Below are positions 17,248 through 24,474 of a stretch of 38,155 nucleotides of DNA, piece after piece. The position numbers were made by a program, and so were the translations under genes. The notes below the pieces were generated by a model. The model did no database searches. It was not told where the DNA came from and was given only the letters and a program-made list of their open reading frames with translations. The stretch is from contig CAZIVB010000002.1 in the NCBI GenBank assembly GCA_964542565.1, positions 1-38,155 of the forward strand, written 5' to 3'. How positions within the stretch are numbered: the first letter of the stretch is position 1; every line of letters starts with the position of its first letter. This stretch comes from an uncultured Hyphomicrobiales bacterium. Its GTDB lineage: Bacteria > Pseudomonadota > Alphaproteobacteria > Rhizobiales > BM303.

Positions 17248-17587
17248 GGAAAATTTTAGCTAAATTTCCACCGCCGCAAACAGGTGGAAAACGGCGCTTT
17301 TTGAGGTTAAGCCTTTCTCTGCCGCGCTCCGGCAGGCGGGATCATTCCCCGCAGGAGCGCCTGTCTGACCTTGCATTTGGGTTGTCGCCAGGCGGGATGA
17401 AGTGGGTGGATATGGCGGGCAAGGGCGGCGAATCCGGGCGGAAAATTTTTTTAAAATCAGCAAAAAAGACTGTCGGACAATATTTTTTCAGCCGATCACC
17501 GGCGTTTTTAGCATTCCTTAAGGCCGCGGCTGTAAGTTATCGCCAGGAATAAAGGGACAGCGGCTGAAGAAGGGCGCGCTGCTAGGG

Positions 17588-19369
17588 ATGGTGAATATCA
17601 AGGAACATCTGGCGCGAATCCGCCTCTCGCTTGCAAGCTATGTGCATGAATCCGTGCGCGGTGATGAATTGCTGCGCACCCGGCATCATTCTTTCATCTC
17701 CTCGCATTTGTTCAGCGGTCTGATGGCGCTTTGCGCCTTTCCGGTTTATCTGGCGATAGCCGGCAAGCCGGATTTGATGGAATCGCTTGCCTTCATCTGG
17801 CTGTTGACGCCCATCGGCATCGCGGCGTTTTTATCGCGCACCGGAAAGCTTGAAGCCGCGCATCTTATCTCCGCCGCCAATCTGACGGCGCTTGTCGTCT
17901 TTGTCGCCGCCATAACCGGCGGTGTTCAGTCCTTTATTATTGCCTGGCTGATCGTGATTCCGGTCGAGGCATCACTATCGGCCTCGCGGCGCACCGTGAT
18001 CGCGGCGCTGCTGCTGGCCTGCGCCGCGCTGGTGGGGCTCTTCCTTGCCGGCGAGACAGGAATACTGCCGCCGCCGCGCCATTTTGATGTCTCGATGGGC
18101 GCCCTGCTGGCCATCGGCGTCATGTCGGCGATCATCTATGTCGGCGGCATTGCGGTAAATGTGGAAAAACTGCACCGCCAGTCCGCCCGCGCGATCAAGG
18201 AGGGCGAGTCGCGCTACCGCCTGCTGGCTGAAAACGCCACCGATCTCATCTCGCGCCATTCTCATAACGGCCATGCGATGTTTGTATCCCATGCCGCCAA
18301 CACGCTGCTCGGCCGCCCGCCGGAGCAATTGATCGCCGACGGGCTGTTTGAGCAGGTTCATATTCTGGACCGTCCCGCTTTCCTCAGCGCCATCTCCGGC
18401 GCCTATGTCTCCGGTGAGCCGGTTTCGGTCGAGTACCGTTTGCTCAAGAGCGGCCCCGATGAGGCGAGCGGCCAGTATATATGGGTCGAAATGCGCTGCC
18501 GTATGGATGCAAACGGCGATATCGTCGCCGTAACCCGTGATATTTCCGATTATAAGGCGCAGGAACAAAAAATCATTGAAGCCCGCGACAATGCCGAACG
18601 CGCCAATGTGGCGAAATCGCAATTCCTCGCCAATATCAGCCACGAGCTGCGCACGCCCCTGAACGCGATTATCGGGTTTTCCGAGATCATGAATCAGGAA
18701 CTGTTCGGCAAGCTGGAGAACGAGCGCCACAAGGAATACTCGATGCTCATCCACCAGAGCGGCGAGCATCTGCTGCAACTGGTCAATGACCTGCTGAATA
18801 TGTCAAAGCTTGAGGCGGGCAAATACACATTATGCCGGGAGGAATTTGATCTTAAAGAGCTGATCCGGACCGTGCACAAGATCATCCAGCCCTCGGCCGA
18901 CGAGCAAAATCTGCTTGTGGAAGAGGATCTGGCTGAAAATATCGGCCCGTTCAACGCCGATAAACGCGCCTGCCGCCAGATCTTTCTCAATCTGCTGGCA
19001 AATGCGGTCAAATTCAGCAAGCCGGGCGGCAAGATCACCCTTCACGCCTACCGCCAGAGCGGCAATATCGCCATTGCCATCTCCGATCAGGGCATCGGCA
19101 TAGCGCCGGAGGATATCAAGCGTCTCGGCCGCCCCTTCGAGCAGGCGGACAGCTCCTATGACCGTCACTATGAAGGCACCGGACTTGGTCTTTCCATCGT
19201 CAAGGGGCTGCTTCATCTGCATGGCGGCGCCATGCAGATTGCGAGCGAGCCGGGCAGGGGAACAACGGTCACGGTCACTTTTCCGCAAGAGGCGGAAGTC
19301 ACAATGCTGCATGGCGGCGCGGACGAGAAAAGCAATGTGACCCCCATTCCTTCACGCTTTTCAGCCTGA
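17588..19369 (+). CDS. membrane-bound PAS sensor histidine kinase (PleC/DivJ-type HisKA-HATPase core)
   Basis: 593 aa with about 5 N-terminal TM segments, a PAS region (YRLLAENATDLISRH), an H-box SHELRTPLNAIIGFSEIM, and N/G1/G2 boxes (NLLANAVKF, DQGIGI, GTGLGLSIV). Confidence 0.85.
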   Translation: MVNIKEHLARIRLSLASYVHESVRGDELLRTRHHSFISSHLFSGLMALCAFPVYLAIAGKPDLMESLAFIWLLTPIGIAAFLSRTGKLEAAHLISAANLTALVVFVAAITGGVQSFIIAWLIVIPVEASLSASRRTVIAALLLACAALVGLFLAGETGILPPPRHFDVSMGALLAIGVMSAIIYVGGIAVNVEKLHRQSARAIKEGESRYRLLAENATDLISRHSHNGHAMFVSHAANTLLGRPPEQLIADGLFEQVHILDRPAFLSAISGAYVSGEPVSVEYRLLKSGPDEASGQYIWVEMRCRMDANGDIVAVTRDISDYKAQEQKIIEARDNAERANVAKSQFLANISHELRTPLNAIIGFSEIMNQELFGKLENERHKEYSMLIHQSGEHLLQLVNDLLNMSKLEAGKYTLCREEFDLKELIRTVHKIIQPSADEQNLLVEEDLAENIGPFNADKRACRQIFLNLLANAVKFSKPGGKITLHAYRQSGNIAIAISDQGIGIAPEDIKRLGRPFEQADSSYDRHYEGTGLGLSIVKGLLHLHGGAMQIASEPGRGTTVTVTFPQEAEVTMLHGGADEKSNVTPIPSRFSA

Positions 19370-19423
19370 TAGCCAATCCGGTTGCAAAATAATCCCCGCC
19401 GGAAAGAACCCTGTTAGAACTTT

Positions 19424-19445
19424 ATTAACGTTAATGGGCGTTAAC
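19424..19445. promoter_or_regulatory. perfect 12-bp palindrome ATTAACGTTAAT plus adjacent GTTAAC; candidate regulator site
   Basis: Read directly from the sequence. It lies ~65-85 nt upstream of the small ORF at 19509. Confidence 0.25.
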
Positions 19446-19508
19446 TCGAAGAAGTCGAACAACGAGGAGAGCGTTTCTTCGCGCTTTTGACTTCAGATGG
19501 AGGCCGCT

Positions 19509-19712
19509 ATGGGTATAGTGCTTCAGTTTCAATCCCTTCCGCCAAGCCTGAGGCGGAGCATGTCGCAATTGCACAACCAGATCAGATCGGGCAAGGGCAA
19601 GAAGGCGGAAATCGTTATTTTTCCCGGCACCCGCCACGAGCACGGCTTTTCGCAAAAAGACATGCATCAAACCAGCGCCCATTGCCGGATCGGTGAGGGG
19701 CCGGCCGAGTAA
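19509..19712 (+). CDS. small hypothetical protein (67 aa)
   Basis: ATG 19509 sits 5 nt after GGAGG. MGIVLQFQ...KAEIVIFPGTRHEHGF contains a (A)E-I-V-I-FPG-x-R motif that I recall from small conserved alphaproteobacterial ORFs. This is unverified. Confidence 0.4.
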   Translation: MGIVLQFQSLPPSLRRSMSQLHNQIRSGKGKKAEIVIFPGTRHEHGFSQKDMHQTSAHCRIGEGPAE

Positions 19713-19746
19713 ACCAATTTATTTATTTTCTATCAGGGCAGGGCAG

Positions 19747-20499
19747 ATGAAATCTGTATTCTGGATAGCGCTTTTGGGCGCCGGAGTCTCTGCCTGTTCA
19801 GGGACCGGAGATTTTGGCCGCAAGCCCTATTCGGTTCTTGACGATAAAATCATTCCCGCTTTCGCCAAAGGCGTAAGGCAAGGCGGCGGCGGGCCGGTTT
19901 CCTGGTATCCGCTAACCTCCGCCGAGCGCCGGATGCGCCAGTTATCCGATACACTGACAACCCCATATGGCCGGCCGCTTCTTCCGGAGCCCGCGAGCAA
20001 CCGTACCGGGCGCGCCGGACCGCTCGCCAACACAATCACCCGGAATGCGCCGCAAAAGTATCTTTTACGCCTGAAACGCGAGAAATTTGCCAGCGGAGAG
20101 GCCCGCATCGGGTTTATTGAAAAGCATATCCAGCAAGACCAATGGCAGTTCAGGAACTTCACAACACAGCTCTGGCGTGTGATTGCAGCGGATAAAAAAC
20201 GCCTTGCCGCGCTCTCCAGCATGCGGGACAAGCGCCGTGAGGATTTGGATAATACGCTTGGAAGGGTGGCGGAAAACCGCTCGATTGCGCGTGAAACCCT
20301 GCGCGCTCTTGCCCTGCGTATGCGTGGATATGACAAGGCGCTCCGCCTGACGCAGTTGCAATACCCCGATATATCAATAGACAAGACCGGTGCGATACTG
20401 ATTGAACTCAAATCGCAAGCGGACAAAACCGCTGCCCGAGCACGGCCATACCTCAGTAAAGGCAGACGCCGCGATGGCAGGGGACCGGTTGCTCTTTAA
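19747..20499 (+). CDS. hypothetical lipoprotein
   Basis: MKSVFWIALLGAGVSAC is a lipobox (L-x-x-C type) signal. The rest is Arg/Lys-rich and helical-looking with no family recognised. The track start at 19693 lacks a signal-peptide context. Confidence 0.6.
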   Translation: MKSVFWIALLGAGVSACSGTGDFGRKPYSVLDDKIIPAFAKGVRQGGGGPVSWYPLTSAERRMRQLSDTLTTPYGRPLLPEPASNRTGRAGPLANTITRNAPQKYLLRLKREKFASGEARIGFIEKHIQQDQWQFRNFTTQLWRVIAADKKRLAALSSMRDKRREDLDNTLGRVAENRSIARETLRALALRMRGYDKALRLTQLQYPDISIDKTGAILIELKSQADKTAARARPYLSKGRRRDGRGPVAL

Positions 20500-20514
20500 A
20501 GCCGGCCGTTACCC

Positions 20515-21636
20515 TCAGAACGTCAAAACTTCGGTAACTACGCCATTAATCCGCGTGGTCATGGTTACCTTGCCGCCGATTTTTTCGGTGATAATTTCAA
20601 TTGTGTTGCCATTGGCGTCTTTATATTTCTGTACTTTTCTGGCGGTTTGCGCCGGGCTGACGGGCGGCGCTGCCGATGCCGCCACTTGCAGTATATTCGC
20701 CATGGCCTCAAGATTGCCAAGCAACACCCCCACGATTTTCCCGCTGGATTTGATATTCATATACAAGAACAATGTGGGCGCTATGGGCGACGATAAAATG
20801 ACGCTGTAGGTTTGTTGTTTTTTCAAATACCAGTTTTCTCTGAAGGTTTTTATGATCTCGGGGCGCAAATCAACAAGTAAGCCGGCATGGCGGCTGTAAG
20901 ACGCCAGTTTCTTTTTGTCCTTGATGATCGCATCATATTTCACTTTGGCAAAAGCGCCGGACAAAGCCGGTCCGCTATTGTCTTTGGCGATAGAATTGAC
21001 CGCCAGTTCCAGTCTTGCTCTCATACGCAGCTTGACGCGCAAGAGATCAGAGGCGCTCTCGGCATTGTTCAACAAAAACCAGGACGTATATTCGCGGATG
21101 TCCGTGTCCATCATCCGAGCCCTCATATCCTTGTAATATGAGTAAATATTCCGCAGAATTCTGCCCCTTTGCCGCAGCCAGACAGGGATAACGGACTCTC
21201 TGGCCAGGATGGATTGCGGCGTGAGCTCTCCCCGAACGCGCTCGCCCGATGCCAAATAAAAATTCTCTATCTTCCAGATTTGCGCCCCTTTTTTCCACTG
21301 CGTCAGCAACGCGCCATCGACCCAGGGATTAAAGTAAATAACATAAAAATCAGAGTTTCTCGTCTTGGGAACCAGCATGGAGAAGGCGAAAAAGTGACTT
21401 AGCTGCCGGTCTTTTCTGTCGAAGTAAGGTGCAATGGCCGCCTTCCACTTTGCCAGCGCATTCGGTACCATGAATTTGGCGGCGGCCACATCGTGACCTA
21501 TTGTCATCTCGTTGCGAAACCTCTCGAAAACACTCATTTTGAGTGTTTCCGAAAACGCGCTCCCGCCAGCAAGGAGAGCGGCAACAAACACAAATGCGGC
21601 AAGATTTTTGATAACTGTGTCTGTTTTCCCGGTCAT
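20515..21636 (-). CDS. signal-peptide protein P1 (373 aa), paralogue of 23275..24432; no recognised family
   Basis: ATG 21636 is preceded by an AGGAAG RBS, with signal-like NLAAFVFVAALLAGGSAFS. It shares full-length blocks with P2: VFERFR, LSHFFA, FY.IYFNPWVDG.LLTQWKK, FYLASGER.RG, SYYKDMRAR, LLRV.LRMRAR, and the C-terminal EIITEK.GGKVTMTTRING..TEVLTF. Confidence 0.8.
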   Translation of the reverse strand: MTGKTDTVIKNLAAFVFVAALLAGGSAFSETLKMSVFERFRNEMTIGHDVAAAKFMVPNALAKWKAAIAPYFDRKDRQLSHFFAFSMLVPKTRNSDFYVIYFNPWVDGALLTQWKKGAQIWKIENFYLASGERVRGELTPQSILARESVIPVWLRQRGRILRNIYSYYKDMRARMMDTDIREYTSWFLLNNAESASDLLRVKLRMRARLELAVNSIAKDNSGPALSGAFAKVKYDAIIKDKKKLASYSRHAGLLVDLRPEIIKTFRENWYLKKQQTYSVILSSPIAPTLFLYMNIKSSGKIVGVLLGNLEAMANILQVAASAAPPVSPAQTARKVQKYKDANGNTIEIITEKIGGKVTMTTRINGVVTEVLTF

Positions 21637-21679
21637 TAGCTTCTTCCTGCTCGTAAAATCCTGTTTATGAGTCCATGAC

Positions 21680-23071
21680 CTAAGGGGAATAAGCATCCAG
21701 GTAACTGGTATAGTAATCCCGGGCGACCTCCTTCACGCTGCCACTGGGAAAAGCGTCATACAGCAGTCCGGCGGCAACACCGCCGGTTAAAGCGCCTCCA
21801 ACGCCAAGCACAGGAACCGACAACACCCCCACGACCGCGCCCACTCCCCCGGTGGGCAATGCGGCTGACGCGGCGACGAGCGCCCCGGCGGCCACCCCGG
21901 CCTGTGCTCCAAGCAAGGACCCGATACTGATCGCCGCTGTTCTCATATATCTGTCAACACCCTGACTGTAGTCGCCAGAATTGGTCGCATACATCATATC
22001 CTGGGAAGCCCATGTAAGATTACCAATCGTCATTATGCCCCCAAGATCGCTGATTTGATTTCCAACCGCCCGGGAACCTCTGATGGTGTTCAAAAGGCTC
22101 GAAGTCCTTGCCGCTTCATTGGGAGAAATCGAGCTGATGATATCAAGGCCGCGCGCCCCTGCGAGCCCGCCGGGAATGCCATCGGTCAGATATCCCGAAA
22201 TAGTGTTCAACCCGCCCATTATTGTGTCAAATGTTGACGAATCCGGTCCTCCGGCGGCAACCGCTGCCGGAGAGGCCGGTTCCAATGCCGGAACAGATGG
22301 CGCCGGGGCCGGTCCCAATGCCGGAACAGATGGCGGCATGGCCGGCCCTGGAGTCGGAACCGATCCTGGCCGGGCCGGGGCTTTCGCCGGAGCCGGTGGT
22401 CCCGGGCCCACACTTCGCGGCGGAAATGGCGTATCGAAAAGACCCGGAGGGGCATCGGATCGACCCGATCCCCCCGGCGGCGGTGTTCCGCCGGGTCCTG
22501 TCACGATGGCGGGCGGCCGCGGCCTCGGGATAACATCGCGCGGCGGAAACGGAGTATCGAAGAGGCCGGGGGGAGAATCAGGGCCATCGGGTCTTGACGA
22601 TGCAGGCCCAGGCGATCCTGGCCCTGTGACCGGCCCCGTTCTTCGCGGGCCTGAAGGCCCTGTCCTCACAACCCGGGGCGGCCGGGAAGGAACCTTCCTG
22701 ACGCGCTTGATGCGCTTGACTCGCTTCACGCGTTTGATTTTTTTACGCTTTTTACGTTTGACTTTTTTAACGTTTTTGCGTTTGGCTTTAGCGCCCTTGC
22801 GTCCGGCCAGATAGGAATCGGCGTCTGGCGGAGCACTCCTGATTCTCTTGCGATGAGCGCGCAATCTGCGCAGTTTTTTTCCAAAATAATTCTTGCGGAC
22901 ACGTACACCGGCGACATCATCACTGCCGCCCCCGCCCTCGGCGCCGCCCCCGCCATGACCCTCGCTCGCATAGGAACCGGTCGCAAGAACCAGCACCCCG
23001 AAGCCGAAAATCAACCCGGCCAGTATAAATTTGCGGATACGACTGATACACGCCAATACCGGGATGCTCAT
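21680..23071 (-). CDS. secreted oligo-Gly / polybasic / proline-rich / glycine-zipper protein Q1 (463 aa)
   Basis: ATG 23071 is preceded by GGAGGG. The Sec-type signal is SRIRKFILAGLIFGFGVLVLATGSYA|SE. It is followed by GHGGGGAEGGGG, KRKNVKKVKRKKRKKIKRVKRVKRIKRVRKV, a ~170-aa Pro-rich region with internal repeats, and a Gly/Ala-rich hydrophobic C-terminus ending ...LLYDAF.... Confidence 0.75.
   Translation of the reverse strand: MSIPVLACISRIRKFILAGLIFGFGVLVLATGSYASEGHGGGGAEGGGGSDDVAGVRVRKNYFGKKLRRLRAHRKRIRSAPPDADSYLAGRKGAKAKRKNVKKVKRKKRKKIKRVKRVKRIKRVRKVPSRPPRVVRTGPSGPRRTGPVTGPGSPGPASSRPDGPDSPPGLFDTPFPPRDVIPRPRPPAIVTGPGGTPPPGGSGRSDAPPGLFDTPFPPRSVGPGPPAPAKAPARPGSVPTPGPAMPPSVPALGPAPAPSVPALEPASPAAVAAGGPDSSTFDTIMGGLNTISGYLTDGIPGGLAGARGLDIISSISPNEAARTSSLLNTIRGSRAVGNQISDLGGIMTIGNLTWASQDMMYATNSGDYSQGVDRYMRTAAISIGSLLGAQAGVAAGALVAASAALPTGGVGAVVGVLSVPVLGVGGALTGGVAAGLLYDAFPSGSVKEVARDYYTSYLDAYSP
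22276..22341. repeat. 2 x 33-nt tandem direct repeat inside Q1 (encodes PSVPAL(G/E)PA.. twice)
   Basis: Units 22276-22308 and 22309-22341 match at 29 of 33 positions by hand alignment. Confidence 0.8.
22699..22797. repeat. 9-nt periodic coding repeat (Lys/Arg-Lys/Arg-Val/Ile triplets) inside Q1
   Basis: GCGCTTGAT GCGCTTGAC TCGCTTCAC GCGTTTGAT ... encodes (I/V)KR repeats on the minus strand. Confidence 0.7.
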
Positions 23072-23112
23072 TACGACCCTCCCTGCTACGTCCATACGGT
23101 CATGGTGCCGCA

Positions 23113-23140
23113 ATAATAAACTATTTTGGCAATAAATCAA
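23113..23140 (-). promoter_or_regulatory. putative sigma70-type promoter for the Q1-P1 cassette
   Basis: The minus strand reads TTGATT-N16-TATTAT (-35 at 23140-23135, -10 at 23118-23113), ~40 nt upstream of the Q1 start, in a visibly AT-rich stretch. Confidence 0.3.
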
Positions 23141-23227
23141 TCTGTCCGGCACCGGTTAAACCCGGCAGGATACAGAGCACCCTTCTAAAAAAAACGCGGG
23201 TTTTCGGATAAAACGATGCGGTGAAAC

Positions 23228-23273
23228 AAAAAAACACCGCCGCCGCCCGGTTACTGAAAAAAGCACACCGGTG
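23228..23273 (-). terminator. weak terminator-like element after P2
   Basis: On the minus strand CACCG...CGGTG (5-bp stem, long GC-rich loop) is followed by T7 (23234-23228), immediately after the P2 stop. Confidence 0.25.
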
Positions 23274-23274
23274 G

Positions 23275-24432
23275 TCAGAACGTCAAAACTTCGGTAATTA
23301 CGCCATTGATCCGCGTTGTCATCGTCACCTTGCCGCCGCGTTTCTCGGTAATGATTTCGACCCTCTCGCCCTTGGCATTGGTGTATGTCTGCACTTTTCT
23401 TGCCGGTTGAGTAGGGGGCGCGCCAATCGCTGAAGCCGCCGGTTTGGCGTAGCGTACCGTCGAGGCGGACTGGGGCAGCGCGCTGGCCATGGATTCCAGA
23501 TCATTCAGCCCGGCGTTTCTTATCCGGCCGGTTGCGCCGACATCCATAAGGATAAAGAATCGCGGTGCAACCGGAGACGATATGACGAGGCTGTAAACAC
23601 CGTTGTTGTAGAACACCCAGTTTTGCCGCAAGGTTTTGATAATATCGGGCGTCAGTTTAACAAGCAAGGAGGCGTCCTTGCTGTAGGAAGACAATGCAGC
23701 GGTATCGCGTGTCAGCAAATCATATTTGAGTTTGGAAATGGCGCCGGTCAAAAGCGCGCCGCCCTTGTCCTTGGCAAAAAACCCGGCATTCATAACCACT
23801 CTTGCCCTCATCCGCAGCATCACGCGCAAAAGATCGGCCTTTCTTTCGATATCATTCAGTGAAAACCAGCTCTGGTACTGTTCAACTGTTTTATAGACCA
23901 GACGCGCCCGCATATCCTTGTAATAGGACAGGATATTCTGCACGAAACCGCCCTTTTGCCACATCCATGCCGGAGGAATATTGCTGTTTGTTATCACCGC
24001 TTGCGGCGTGGCCTGACCTCGCAGCCGCTCACCTGACGCGAGGTAAAACCGCTCTATCTTCCAGCTTTCAGCTTCCTTTTTCCACTGGGTCAGCAAGACG
24101 CCGTCAACCCACGGATTGAAATATATTGCATAAAAATCAGCGCCCTTGACCTTGGGAACAATCATGGCGAGCGCGAAAAAATGGCTCAACTCCTTGTCCC
24201 CGCCGGTAAAGTAAGGCAGGGTTCCGTTATTCCAGTTGGCAAGCGCAGCCGGGTTCATATATCTGGCGGCGGTGGTTCGGGGCGAAAAAGCCATTTCGAT
24301 CCGGAACCGCTCAAAGACATTCACCTTCCCCACATCTGCCTGGGCGGGCCCGATCGCATAACACGTGACAACAAGCATGAAAGCTCCCAAAAGCCCGGCC
24401 GCCGTAACTCGTTTCTCGATCATTGTCTTCAT
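23275..24432 (-). CDS. signal-peptide protein P2 (385 aa), paralogue of 20515..21636
   Basis: I prefer the start at ATG 24432 (MKTMIEKRVTAAGLLGAFMLVVTCYAIGPAQA signal). It shares conserved blocks with P1 along its whole length. Confidence 0.8.
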   Translation of the reverse strand: MKTMIEKRVTAAGLLGAFMLVVTCYAIGPAQADVGKVNVFERFRIEMAFSPRTTAARYMNPAALANWNNGTLPYFTGGDKELSHFFALAMIVPKVKGADFYAIYFNPWVDGVLLTQWKKEAESWKIERFYLASGERLRGQATPQAVITNSNIPPAWMWQKGGFVQNILSYYKDMRARLVYKTVEQYQSWFSLNDIERKADLLRVMLRMRARVVMNAGFFAKDKGGALLTGAISKLKYDLLTRDTAALSSYSKDASLLVKLTPDIIKTLRQNWVFYNNGVYSLVISSPVAPRFFILMDVGATGRIRNAGLNDLESMASALPQSASTVRYAKPAASAIGAPPTQPARKVQTYTNAKGERVEIITEKRGGKVTMTTRINGVITEVLTF

Positions 24433-24474
24433 CCTGTCCTGAGGGCCCGCTCTGGCCTGATCAACCCGCACACC

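Noticed and set aside
17266-17302. TTCCACC-N10-GGTGGAA hairpin followed by AACGGCGCTTTTT
   Set aside because: The stem is short, the T-run is displaced by 8 nt, and there is no upstream transcription unit on that strand. It is too weak to call a terminator or an sRNA end.
17975-18778. 267-aa - strand ORF inside the histidine kinase gene
   Set aside because: It is antisense to a gene with a full set of kinase motifs, and it has no motifs of its own.
22083-22814. 243-aa + strand ORF opposite Q1 (Gly/Pro/Arg-rich)
   Set aside because: CCG/CCC-rich proline codons read as GGG/CGG on the other strand, so a long open antisense frame is expected. Only the minus frame has a signal peptide, an RBS and a paralogue with the same architecture.
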